This document shows positions 14,089 through 26,854 of a DNA stretch of 64,000 bases, in pieces (the first letter of the stretch is position 1; each line of letters opens with the position of its first letter). The position numbers were made by a program, and so were the translations under genes. The notes under the pieces were generated by a model, which saw only the letters and a program-made list of their open reading frames with translations, had not been told where the DNA came from and searched no databases. The DNA lies in contig JBHGNT010000004.1 of assembly GCA_043228905.1 (NCBI GenBank), forward strand, positions 10,106,001 to 10,170,000, read 5' to 3'. This stretch comes from Azolla caroliniana. Taxonomy: Eukaryota; Plantae; Polypodiophyta.

Positions 14089-14519
14089 AGTAGAGGGAAA
14101 AGGGTAGGAGGATGAGGGAGAACAACAAGTAGGTTGGAGGAAAGAGCAAATTGGTTCAAACTGTCAAGAATAGTACTAAAGCAGAGATGGAATTAGTACT
14201 AAGAAGGGTAGTACTATTAGTACTAAGAGGATGGGACTGCGTAAGATTCCCGAGAGAGAGGAAGTGAGAAGAGTAGAGAGAGAGATAGGATGATGACAGC
14301 AGCTCTTATATTATGTGAAAGATAAGTACAAATCAGCTAAGAGGCTTAAGACTGGTGTTGAACCAATTTGGTTCAACATAATGTCTAGTGCCTTCTTTTA
14401 TAGTATTGTCAGGAGTTATCCTGAAACTTCTAGAATGTTCCAGAGAAATCTAGAATATACATTACTTTCTTATAATAAAACATAAATGAAAATAATATCC
14501 TATGAATTACAATAGAGGG

Positions 14520-14573
14520 TGTGATGGTTAAGAGCTCGACCCATATACCATAAGGTAATGGGTTCGAGTCTTG
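14520..14573 (+). promoter_or_regulatory. tRNA-like Pol III A-box/B-box module, antisense in U3 of element C LTR
   Basis: GTGATGGTTAAG..AAGGTAATGGGTTCGAGTC with G18-G53 spacing of 36 nt; same module in B, G, H LTRs. Confidence 0.65.
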
Positions 14574-15169
14574 CCATATCATGACACATGGCCGCAGTAG
14601 AAGCCGGCAAGGAAATCGTATGGATGAAGGAGTTTATCAATGAGCGGAGAATTCGGCAAGAAGAATTCCGACTCAGAGTGCCATCCACCTTGTAAAAAAA
14701 TGCCGCCTACCACTCGAGGACAAAGCACATCCAACGGATGTATCATTGCCTCCGAGAGAGGGTAGAAGAAAGGGTGTTCGCTCTAGTGAAGGTCTGTGGG
14801 TACGAGTGCTATGTGCGGAAACGTGTATGGATCTCTAGTCAGTACTAGACAGCAAACAACACATACAGAAAATAGAATTGGCGTGGAGCCTTACGCTGAT
14901 GGAGCTTTAATGGAAAGCTTCTTATTACTTTGTACTTTCTCAGAGATACAATACTATGCTCGTCATCACTCATTACAATGTTAGGTATTCGCTTATATAC
15001 TAAGCCCTAACTTATTAACAAGTTCACACTCGGACGGATACAATTTGGAAGGAGTCGGCCTTTTTTGCCAACAAACTCCCCCATAAAAGGACTACTCTTT
15101 CTTGCATGTACAGATGTTTGGGGTTATCTCCCCCGTAAACCTAGATTACAAATTTAACTAGATCTTATG

Positions 15170-18100
15170 TGACAGGAACACACGCTCCCGATGAACAACG
15201 CTCGGCCACAACCGAGCTTAGAATCATAAAACACAGAAAAAAATGGGGATAGAAGGTACGGCACTGTGAGGAGAAGAGTACACAGGATGTTTACGTGGAA
15301 AACCCAAATATGGGAAAAAACCACGGCAGCCCACTGACTGCAAACTATCACTATGTCAGAATGTACAAAATGGTAAAGCACCGAGGCAACGACCTCGAGC
15401 TTTCTATCTTCGCCACAGGCGGTGGTTACAACAGATGCAATGACCTCTTCCTCTCTCTCTCACTCTCTGTGTACACAGTTGCGCGCTCTAATCTTGCCCC
15501 AACAATAACAACAACATCACAGACGTCAACAACATTTTGCCCTAAGTCATATTTATACTAAAATGACTTTTCGGCTATTTACAAATATAGCCCCGATGGA
15601 CTCTCAGAAACATATTTACGAATATGTCCCTTCATCCGGTGAGCACTCTTCACCGGGCCTGCATCATCCGGCGCTTGCCGAGTACTCGTCATCCAGTTCT
15701 CACCGGGTCATCCGTAACCGGGTACTCTTCATCCGGTTCTCACCAGGTCTTCACCATCCGGAGGGACCTGTTTCCTAACAAACTCCCCCTTCACTCCAAC
15801 ATGGGAAGTCTTACTACTCCGACCCGCTTCTGACATGCATCCAGCTTGTCAGGTGTCAGTACTTTGGTCAGCATATCTGACCCGTTCTCGGCCATGTGGA
15901 TCTTCGTCAACACGAACTCTTGGTCATCTACTCTTTCCCGGATCCAGTGATACCTTTGCTAGATATGCTTTGTCCGGGAATGGTAGGCCGCATTCTTAGC
16001 AAGGTGGATGGCGCTTTGACTATCGCAGTAGAGCCGGTATTCATCTTGCCGGATACCGAGCTCTCCGATGAAGTCCTTCATCCATAATATTTCCTTGCCG
16101 GCTTCCACAACCGCCATGTACTCCGCTTCCGTAGTTGACAGCGCAATCGTCTTCTGCAACCTCGACTGCCACGAAACATCTCCCCCTGCATATGTCATTA
16201 CATACCCGGATGTAGATCGGCTGGTATCCACATCAGCTGACATGTCCGAATCGGTAAAGCCGTTAAGTTGAGGTTTACCGAAGCCGAATCGGAGACAGAT
16301 ATTCGAAGTGCCCTTCAAGTACCGGAGTATCCATTTGACCGCGTTCCAGTGCTCCTTGCCGGGATTGCTCGTAAACCGGCTCACCACTCCGACTGCGTAT
16401 CCTATATCCGGTCGAGTACACACCATTGCGTACATTAAGCTCCCGACAACAGAGGCATATGGAACCTTCATCATATCCGCCTTCTCTGCTTTCGTCTTCG
16501 AGCTTTGCTTACCGGATAACCTGCAATTTGCCAGAAGTGTCGATCCGACCGGTTTCACATCTGACATGTTGAACCGTTGAAGCACCTTTGTCACGTACTT
16601 CTCCTGTGATAGCCACAATTGCTTCGTTGGCCGGTTCCGGATGATATGCATCCCCAGCATCTGTCTTGCCGGATCCAAGTCTTTCATTGAGAAGGTCCGG
16701 TTGAGAGCCTTCTTCAGCATCCATATTTTGGCTTGGTCCCGTCCGACGATCAACATGTCGTCCACGTACAGAAGGAGTATCAGGAAGTCGCCTCCTTCGA
16801 ACTTCTTCACAAACACGCAGTGATCGGCCTGCGTCTTGTGGTACCCTTGATCGGTCATGAAGGATTCGAACTTCCGGTACCATTGTCGGGGGGCCTGCTT
16901 CAACCCGTAGAGGCTCTTCTTCAACCGGAAAACCAGGTGCTCCTTCCCTTTCTCCACGAATCCTTCCGGTTACTGCATGTAGATCTCCTCTTCGAGGTCA
17001 CCGTGAAGGAATTTCGTCTTCACGTCTAACTGCTCTACCTCAAGGACCATGCTTGCCGCTATACTCAGCACCGTCCGGATGGAGGTCATCTTTACTTCCG
17101 GGGCAAATATCTCGTCAAAGTCCACGCCCTTCTTCTATTGGAACCCCTTCACCACGATCCTAGCTTTGTATCTCGGGGGGTTACCGGCATCTCCCGGTTT
17201 CAACTTGTACACCCACTTGTTTCAGAGTGCCCGCTTTCCTTTTGGCAACTCCACCAATTCGTACGTATGGTTCTCATGTAGGGAATCCATCTCATCCTGC
17301 ATGGCACTTAACCATTTTCGGCTGTGGGTGTCATCCTTTGTTTCTTCAAAGCTTTCTAGCTCCCCCTCATCGGTTAGCAGCACATGCTCTGCATCCGGAA
17401 ATCTCCGGGGGACCCTTCTCTCTCTGAGAGGATATCTCCGTCTTTGGGCTTCAGTAACCGGTTCCTCCATTTGCTCTTCATCCGAATCTGATTCGGGGTC
17501 TTGGCCGGTTCCGGTTTCAGCTTCCTCTACTTCTTCTTCTGCCGGTTCGGTATCCTCACCGTAACCGGCTGGTTCCTCGAGTGCTAACCAGTCTCTTGCC
17601 GGTTGGGTCTGCTCATCGTGGAATCGATCCTTACATGTCGACCTGAAGTTCATTATCTTCTTCTCCGACTCCCAGTCGGCTAGCGTCTTGTCCTCCATGA
17701 AGATAATATCTCGACTCCGGAATACCTTCTTGTCGACCAGGTCCCACACTCGGTAGCCAAACTCATCGTCGTCGTAACCGAGGAATATGCATGGCCGGGT
17801 CTTTGGATCCAACTTTCCTCTCCGGTCCTTAGCTACATGCACGTACGCGAGACACCCGAATACCTTAAGATGCAGGTAGGATACTTCCTTACCGGTCCAT
17901 ACTCTCTGTGGCGTGTCTCCGTCCAAGGGTATTGAGGGTGATTTGTTTATCACATATGTCGCCGTCGACAGTGCCTCAGCCCAAAAATTCTTGGGTAGTT
18001 TTGCATGCGCCAGCATACTCTGGACCCTCTCCATTATGGTCTAGTTCATCCTCTCGGCCATCCCATTTAGTTCCGGCGTCTTCGGCACGGTAAATTCGAG

Positions 18101-20640
18101 CCAGATTCCCTTCGAGCGACAATACTCCTCGAACTGCCCCCGGTATTCACCTCCATTATCTACTCGAACCGCCTTCAGCTTCCGGCCGGTTTCTCTTTCC
18201 ACTCTCGCGTGGAGCTCTTTGAAGACGGATAACACCTGATCCTTCGTCTTCAACGGTGTGGCCCACAGCTTCCGGTTGTGGTCATCTATGAACATCACGA
18301 AGTACTGCAATCCTGCATGTGACTTCGTGTCCACTTGACACACATCAGTATGCACCAACTCCAGTGGTGCATTACGTCTCATCGGTGGCCTTGGTCGGAA
18401 GCAGGTCCGGTTTTGCTTTCTGGCCAGACAATCAGTGCACTTCTCCAAGTGCACGTTCTTCACTGGAATGAGGTTGTCGTCTGCAAGCCTCTTCATCCCC
18501 TTCTCGCTCATGTGACACAGCCTCTTGTGCCACAGCTCACCGGCAGTGTCGGATGTCACGTTCAATTCCTCTGGACATAACCGGGCATTCATGAGGTACA
18601 ACGTGTTTACCTTCCGGGCCCGAGCCACAATCAGGCTCCCTTTGCTAAACTTCATAACACCGTTTCGGATGCTACCTGTGTGGCCTTCATCATCTAGCCG
18701 ACCTGCTGATATCAGGTTCAGACGAACCTCCGGAACGTGTCGGACATCCTTCAGCAGCATCTTGCATGCGGTTGGTGTTGTCAGCCACACATCTCCTATG
18801 CCGACAATTCAGCATGTACCTTCATTCCCCATCTAGACACAGCCGTGATCACCGGTTGAGTAGGATGAGAAGCATTTCCGGTACAGGGTAAGGTGGAACG
18901 ACGCTCCGGAGTCGACCACCCAGGTCATCTCGTTGCCGGCAAGGTTTATCTCACTCTCCTCGGTGATGAGCATCAACTCTTCTTCACTTGCCGCGATTGT
19001 CGTCGTTCCCTTCCGGTCCAGCCCCCTTCGGTCTTTACCGTTCTGGTCCGGTGTCCGCTTTGAATCGGTACCATCGGTTTCCTTGTCTTTCCGGAAATGC
19101 CGACAGTTCTTGTGGAAGTGTCCCGGCTTGCCGCAATAGAAGCAAGTAGGCCTCCCCCTTGACTTTGACCGTGTCCCTGGCTTCTCCCAGTTCTGGGAAC
19201 TACAGTTCCTTTGTCTTCCGCGTTCCGATTCGGTAAGGAGCGCTTTGGAGTCGGAGCTCGTATCCTTATCTTTCCGACGCGGCTCCTCATCTAGCAAGCT
19301 CGACTTTACTCTTGCTAGGGATAACCGTTTCCCTTCCGGCCCGGCGTTGCCCAAGGTGACAACCAACGTCTCCCAGCTATCCGGGAGGGAACCGAGCAGG
19401 AGTAGCGCTAGTACCTCATCGGCGAGAGGTACTTCCAATGATGTTGCCTGGTGGATCAGCCCCTGGAAGGCATTCATGTGCTCCGCCATGCTGGAGCCAT
19501 CTTGGTACCGGAGTCTTACTAGCTTCTGGAATACCGAAACCTGATTAACAACATTTTTGTTTTGAAACTTAATGTCAATCTTCTCCCAGAGCTCATGAGC
19601 CTTGCTCTCTTCATTGAAGTTGTTGTATAGGCTCATGTCGATGAAGCACCGTATGTACGCCGTTGTCTTCATGTGCATCACCTCCCATATCGTGGCGTCG
19701 ATTTTGTCCGGTCTCTTGTCCCTGAACTAAACCGGCAACCAAAGATCTTTAACCACGAGCATGTCCCTCATCTTCGACTTCCACACCGAATAGTTGGAGC
19801 CGGTGAGCTTCAACATGCCTCCCAACGAATCGTCCATTTTCTGTGTCATTTTGCTCTGATACCACTTTGACAGGAACACACGCTCCCGATGAACAACACT
19901 CGGCCACAACCGAGCTTAGAATCATAAAACAAAGAAAAAAATGGGAATAGAAGGTACGGCACTGTGAGGAGAAGAGTACACAGGATGTTTACGTGGAAAA
20001 CCCAAATATGGGAAAAAACCACGGCAGCCCACTGACTGCAAACTATCATTATGTCAGAATGTACAAAATGGTAAAGCACCGAGGCAACGACCTCGAGCTT
20101 TCTATCTTCACCACAGGCGGTGGTTACAACAGATGCAATGACCTCTTCCTCTCTCTCTCACTCTCTCTGTACACAGTTGCGCGCTCTAATCTTGCCCCAA
20201 CAATAACAACAACATCACAGACGTCAACAACATTTTGCCCTAAGTCATATTTATACTAAAATGACTTTTCGGCTATTTACAAATATAGCCCCGATGGACT
20301 CTCAGAAACATATTTACGAATATGTCTCTTCATCCGGTGAGCACTCTTCACCGGACCTGCATCATCCGGCGCTTATCGGGTACTCGTCATCCGGTTCTCA
20401 CCGGGTCATCCGTAGCCAGGTACTCTTCATCCGGTTCTCACCGGGTCTGCACCATCCGGCTCTCCATAGCCGGGTACTCTTCATCTGGTTCTCACCGAGT
20501 CTGCACCATCTGGCTCTCCGTAGCCGGGTACTCTTCATCCGGTTCTCACCGGGTCTGCACCATCTGGCTCTTCGTAGCCGGGTACTCTTCATCCGGTTCT
20601 CACCGGGTCTTCACCATCCGGAAGGACCTGTTTCCTAACA
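15170..20640 (-). mobile_element. Element E: Ty1/Copia, full length, inserted in the 3' non-coding region of D
   Basis: LTRs 15170-15780 (611 bp) and 19868-20640 (773 bp), perfect TSD TTATG, iMet PBS 19853-19864, gag ATG at 19849, CFYCGKPGHFHKNC knuckle, WVVDSGAS protease, INT, RT (YVDD), RH ending ~15791, PPT. Confidence 0.96.
20413..20625. repeat. 54-bp tandem array in U3 of element E 5' LTR
   Basis: Unit starts TAGCC at 20413, 20467, 20521, 20575; LTR length difference 162 = 3 x 54. Confidence 0.9.
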
Positions 20641-23600
20641 TTATGTTACAAGTCTATCGGCAAGTAGCCGAGTCGGCAGAGGTATAATATGAGTGTCTGT
20701 CAGCTCTTACCTTCTACTCCTCGTTCGACTTTCTTCTGCTCGGTCGCTTGTTGTAGCCCCATCTTTGTCCTTAGCGTTCCGAAGCATTGATCTAGGAGTG
20801 GCTTCGTCAAGCAATCGGCAATGTTCACCTCGGTGTCAATCTTTCGGACTTCGAGTTTCTTCTCGGTCACGAGCTCCTAGATATGATGATACCGCAGCTC
20901 AATGTGCTTCGTCTTCGCATGGTAGACGGGATTGTTGATGAGGTGTATTGCGCTCTGTGAGTTGCAATAGATAGTCGGCGTTGGTCGGTCTATTCGTTTT
21001 GCAATTCCGAAGTTGGCAGTCAATCCGTGCAGCGAGATCGCTTCCTTCACTACTTCCGATGCTGCTGTATACTCGGCTTCTGTGGTAGTCAGAGTTGTGC
21101 ACTCTTGAAGTTTTGACCTCCATGATATCGCACCGCCACCATAGGTGAAGATGTAGCCCGATGTCGATTTTCAATTGTCCGTGTTCCCGGCATAGTCGGA
21201 GTCGGTGTAGCCTTCAATTTCGGCTGAGATTGACAGTCCGAAAGTTAGTTGTGCATCCGTGGTTCCTTTTAGATACCTAAGGATGTGCTTGACGGCCTCC
21301 CAATGCTTCTTTCCTGGGTTTGACATGTACCTGTTGACCACCCCTACGGCACAGGCTAGGTCGGGTCAGGTCACCACCATTGCGTACATGATACTTCCTA
21401 CTGCCGATGTGTAGGGTATCTTTCCATTAAGCTCTCTCTCCTTGTCTGTTGCAGGAGAGTCTCTATCCGATAGTCTGATCGACATCGGAAGCGGTGTCGG
21501 TGTTGGCTTCGCATTCTCCATGTTGAAGTGCTTCAGTACCTTGCGGATGTATTCAGACTGGGAGAGTCAGAGAGTTTTGGTTGTCTGATTTCGATCTATC
21601 CTCATGCCCAGTATGTGTCGGGCTTGTCCAAGTTCCTTCATCACGAACTTTTCATGAAGGCTCCGCTTCAGCTTACCAATCTCTGCTTGATTGCTCCCTG
21701 CAATCAACATGTCATCGATGTATAGGATCGGATAGATCCTTGACTCGTTGGTCAATTGCCGAACATACATGCATGGGTCAGAGTCTGATCTGTTGTATCC
21801 AAGCTGGCGTATGTAGGAGTCAAACTTCTCGTACCACATTCTCGGCACTTGTTTTAGGCCATATAGACTTTTCTTTAGTCGACATAAGAGGTGACTATCC
21901 TCCCCCGTCACCGTGAAACCTACTGGTTGAGACATGTATATGTCTTCTTCCAGATCTCCATGTAGGAATGTCGTCTTTACGCCCATCTGCTCGAGCTCTA
22001 GATCCTCTGTCGCCATGACTCCTAGTAGGAGTCGGAGGGTGGTCATCTTGACTACTGGTGAGAATATCTCGTCGTAGTCGACCCTATATTCCTGTTTCAA
22101 TCCTTTCGCGACAAGACGAGCTTTGTACTTGGGTTTCTCTGAGTCGGATACATACTTGTATCGGAACACCCATTTGCAAGGTAGCGGTTTTCTTCCTGCT
22201 GGTAGTTCGACCAGGTCCCATGTCTGATTCTGATGAATCGAGTCCATGTCGGATTTCATGGCCTGCAGCCATGTTTCGGCGTTCGGTGTGGCCATAGCTT
22301 CGTCATACGTGCGTGGTTCGCCTACATCCGTGTAGTGGACATAATCTAGGCCCGGTTGATAAAACTCGGTTTGCCTTTGAGCTCGTCCACATCTCCTAGG
22401 TGCCGTAATATCTGGTTCGGATTGACGATCGGTATTTGTTGAACCAATTGTGTCAGGAGTCTTGTTAGGTGTCCCGCCCTCGGTTCGGGATTTTAGAAGT
22501 GTCTGGTTGTTGTCGACTCGATTCTGACTGGCCTCTTAGCGACTCTGCCTTTGTCGACTCTTGTCGATTCAACTGTGTCTTTGATTGCTTGGTCTTTGAG
22601 TTTGACGTTAGGACTTGTTGCCGATTCGGTGTCGGTAGGGAAGTTGGCAGTTTGTTGGAGTTCGACTATTTGTCGAGTCTCCGATTCGGCCGGTTGGGTC
22701 GGTCCTTCTATGATAGTGCTGTCATCTTTGAAGGATACCTTCTTACCAACTATTTTCTATTGGTTTCATTGAGAGAAGATAGAGTCTTTATTGAAGACTA
22801 CGTCACTACTCCGGATCAATTTCCGGTTCTAAGGGTCCCATAGCTGGTAGCCGAAGTCCCCATCGGTTCCATAACCGAGAAATATGCACTTTGTTGCATG
22901 GGGTGCCAACTTCGTCCTTTTGTCCCTGGGGATGAACGCGTAAGCTTCGCATCCGAATATACGGGGCCTATTGTAGGTCAGTTGTTTGCCTGACCATAGT
23001 GCTTGTGGCACTTCGAGCCTGATTGCTCTTGATGGCGCTAGATTTATCAGGTACACTGTTGTCTGCAATGCCTCATCCCAGAATTCCAGCTTCAGTCCGG
23101 CTTCCTGGAGCATTGCCATCACCCTCTCGTGGATCGTTCGGTTGATCCGTTCAGCCACCCCATTCTGCATGGGTGTGTAAGAAATGATCTTTTGATGTCG
23201 GATCCCTTTTTCGGATAGGTACTGTTTGAAGGCTCTAGAGGTGTACTCACCTCCGTTGTCGGATCGGAGTGTCTTCACTCTGTGTCCCGACCGGTTCTCC
23301 ACTTTAGATATCCATCGAGTGAAGACCTCGAGCGCTTCATCTTTGGACTTGATGGAGTATGCCCAAACTTTCCATGTACAATCATCTACGAATGTGATGA
23401 AGTACTGGGAGCCTCCTAGTGATCGCTTTGGCATGGGCCCACATATGTCTGTGTGCACGAGCTCTAGGGGTTGTCGTACCGTCTTGTAGTGGAGAGATTT
23501 CGGACTTCGGGTCTGTTTCCCATATCGGCAGTGCTCGCAGAAGTTCTTCTTTGGCTGGAGTTTCGGGATGTAGCCGACCGACATTAGCCGATCAAGTCCA

Positions 23601-23721
23601 GCTTGAGACATGTGGCCAAGTCGGCCATGCCATAAGTTCGGGTCGGTTTTCTCGACTACGTTCACGGCCCCTTCAGGGTTGATCGCCATCAATCGGTATA
23701 GATTATTATACTTATGCCCAC

Positions 23722-24551
23722 CAAGGTTGTTAGGTACATTAGGTACAGTACGAATACCATACGTATTTAACGTAGTAATACCCGTATAGTACCTCCCAAT
23801 TTAAAAATACGTTAAATACGTTTTCTTAATATGTTAAATACTTATAAAATACGTATTTTACGTATAGTATGTTAAATACTTCTAGAATTTGAAATTTATC
23901 TACCTTTCTAAAAAATATCTATAATATTGTAAAAAACATCTATTGTTTATACAATTTTGTGATGTACAATATAGTTCTACATCCTAAAATGCATATAAGA
24001 CATTTGAAGATTTCACATCCTAAAATACTTGCAGTAATATGGATGTTGTCATTCCCTAATTGTATAAATCAGTGTTAGTGTGTATCACAATGTTCTACTT
24101 CAAATTTTAATTATTCACAATTATGCCTTCATAGATTGAGGAATCGTCTACGATTATCACACTCATGATAGATTTCTCTTTTCTTCGTTTTCTTCTTCTT
24201 CTTCTTCTATCTACTGCGATTATCACACTCAGGATAGGTTTATGTCTTCTTTTCTCTCTTCTTCTTCTTCTTCTTCATCTTCTTCATTATCGTCTCTTCT
24301 ATTCTTCTTCCTTCCTTCCTTTGGCTTCTTTTTCACTATTTTTTTTTTCCCTTTTGCTTTTTGATAGGGTTTTACTTACATTTTCTTTATAAATATGTAT
24401 TATACCAGTTTTTTTATAAATACGTTAAATACAGTATTGGACAAATGTACATGATATTTGACTGGACAACATTGAGGTATAGTATGTACTATACAAATGA
24501 TGAGGTACTATACGTATTTAAACATTAGATACGGGTATGTAAACAACCATG
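23722..24551. mobile_element. Non-autonomous hAT-like DNA element (MITE) inserted in D pol
   Basis: Termini CAAGGTTGTT / AACAACCATG (10-bp TIR, 1 mismatch), flanking direct repeat (ATG)CCCAC, AT-rich interior with TACGTATTT subterminal motifs; D reading frame GSGH|KYNNLY rejoins across it. Confidence 0.75.
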
Positions 24552-26854
24552 CCCACTACCGATTTTGAGGTTTCCTCGGCTGATCACCCATGTCGACTCA
24601 TGTAGAGTCGTTCGATACCCGTCTTCGGCTAACATGCCGATGGAGACTAGACTCCTCTTTAGATCGGGTACATGCCGAACTCGGGGCAAGGTTATTGTGT
24701 TGCCATTTGGCAATCTGATGGGAACCTCCCCGGTTCCGGCTATCTTGCACTCATGCTCGTTTCCCAGTCAGACTATGTCGTTGGCGTCAGCTGAATAGTT
24801 CGAGAACCATTCAACGTTGGGGGTCACGTGAAATGTGGCACCATAGTCTAGTAGCCATGTGTGTGCAACTTGTACACTGTAGAGGACTTCTCCGATCATC
24901 GAATCGTCTAGGGAGAGGATTTCTCCGGATCGGGTGTCGGCAACATTGATCTGGTTGCTGACTGGAGAGTGGTCCAAGTCGAAACATCCCCGATTCCGCT
25001 CGGATCGCCGACCCCTCTCTTTTCTTTTTATTGACCAGCAGTCGGAAACATTGTGGCCAGCTTTCCTGTAGTGTGTGCGATACTCACTTGTTCGACTCGT
25101 TCTCGACTTCGACTATCGTCGGTCACCCCTTGTTTTCGATCGACTGTAGCATCGACCGGTTCTGTCAGCTTCTTCTTTCGTTCGACTCTGTCAGTCGAAC
25201 GACTCGGTCAAGTGATGGGCTTCTACCAACTCATCGATGGTTAATCCCATCGATTTTCGCCTAATGTTCTAAGTGAGGACTTGGCCAATTGTTTCGTCTA
25301 GATTTAGGATCGTTCGGCTATTGGCGTAAGTCGTACAAAATACCTCCCAACTCACTAGCAAGCTCGATCATAAGAGTGCAAGGGCTTTCACTTCTTCTTC
25401 GAAGTTGATTCCTTGTGACGAGAGCTCTGACAACACCCAGCTGAAGGTGTTGATGTGGGAGGTTGCCGGATCAGTCTCTTTCATCTTCATGTTGAACAAC
25501 TGTTTGATCAAGATCAGTTTTGAAGATGAGGACTTTTCTCATAGACGGCATGTAGCTTCTCCCACAATGAGAACGTTGTTGTCTCTTTCGCCATGCTGAA
25601 ATAGACATTTTCGCCAGATGCATTCAGATGGTGGAGCGTGCGATTTCGTCCGTTGATCTCCACTCCTCGGTTGTCATTGAAGCAGGTTTTTCGCTGTGTT
25701 GAATGGCTTTGACCTGTCTTCGAATGATCAGCACATCCTCAATCATCTCCTTCCACAAGGCAAAGTTTTTGCCGTCAAATTTTTTGATTTCAACTCCTAT
25801 TCTGGATGTTGAAGCGATATTCTGTTTGTGAACTTGAGGTTTCTGACCTGGTCTTTTCTTTTAGCTTCTTTTGTTTTCTGTTGCCACCGAACAACAAAGA
25901 TTTGGCTCTGATACCATATGTGGGTACGAGTGCTATGTGCGGAAACGTGTATGGATTTGTAGTCAGTATTGGACAGCAAACAACACATACAAAAAATAGA
26001 ATAGGCGTGGAGACTTACATAGATGGAGCTTTAATGGAAAGCTTCTTATTAGTTCTCTTCTTTCTCAGAGATACAATACTTTGCTCATCATCACTCATTA
26101 CGATGTTAGGTATTTGCTTATATACTAAGCCCTAACTTATTAACAAGTTCACACTCGGACGGATACAATTTGGAAGGAGTCGGCCTTTTATGCCAACAAG
26201 GTCCACACGGCCGAAAATGGATCAGATATGTTGACTAAAGTGTTACCAACTGAAAAGTTGAGCGCGTGCCGACGGAAGATAGGATTGGTGCAGTACCCCA
26301 TGCTAGAGTGAAGGGGGAGTTTGTTAGGAAACGGGTCCCTCCGGATGGGAAGAGAAGAGCCTCGGCCGAAACTGAAATCGTGTAGACATCCAACTAGGAA
26401 GACTATACTTATAAATAATCTAAATATGCCCTTATGGCTATACTTGTAAATAACCCAAAAGGTGTACTAGTATAAGTACTTAGGGCAATCATAATGTGAT
26501 TATGATGAGTCATTGTAAAAGTTACTTAGAAGGTCGTTGCCTCTGTAACTGTGTAACAGTAAGTGAGTGAGAGTGAGAGAGTGTGCAACTCTGTAGTCGT
26601 CTGTTGACGAAGTAGAATCTCGAGGTCGTTTCCTGGGAGCTTCTAGTTGTACTCCTCCTTTTAGCATAGGGATTCTGTTTCTCAGGGTTTGTGGACCCCC
26701 GTGGTTTTCCCATTACGGGTTTCCAAGTTAAGATCGTGTGTCTCTGTCTCTTGTGTTCTGTTTTCGTACTCTATTTGAGTGCATTCTACTCTATGTTCCC
26801 TGCACCCAAACATCCGAACGATAAGCCGGTTGTGGCCGGTCACGATTCTTGACA

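Larger units (their letters stand above)
9044..14586 (-). mobile_element. Element C: Tcn1-like chromovirus, full length
   Basis: 425-bp LTRs 9044-9468 and 14162-14586 (about 14 mismatches by eye), perfect TSD CATGG, PPT next to left LTR, gag 14088-12931 with CLYCGGPRHIAINC knuckle, pol 12934-9480 including 644-aa RT/RH/INT ORF and chromodomain YEVDAILDSK..YYLVD..WEP. Confidence 0.95.
14795..26198 (-). mobile_element. Element D: Ty1/Copia, full length, containing element E and a MITE
   Basis: ~280-bp LTRs 14795-15073 and 25919-26198, perfect TSD AGGTC, tRNA-iMet PBS (TGGTATCAGAGCC on minus, 25904-25916), PPT beside left LTR, gag/PR (WLLDYGAT)/INT 22829-23692/RT 21567-22295/RH. Confidence 0.95.
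8739..26854 (+). mobile_element. Element F: 5'-deleted Ty1/Copia element (RT C-term/RNase H, PPT, 3' LTR 26322-26854), split by elements C and D
   Basis: TRPDIGY..VSRYMSNPG at 8739-9043, resumes MAAVEAGKEIVWMK at 14587-14794, resumes KVHTAENGSDMLTK..stop from 26199, PPT GAAGGGGGAG, LTR TGTTAGG...TTGACA. Confidence 0.85.

Noticed and set aside
14511-14580. Possible functional tRNA genes in LTRs and at 63.6-64.0 kb
   Set aside because: Acceptor and anticodon stems do not pair; only A/B boxes and spacing are retained, so not called as tRNAs.
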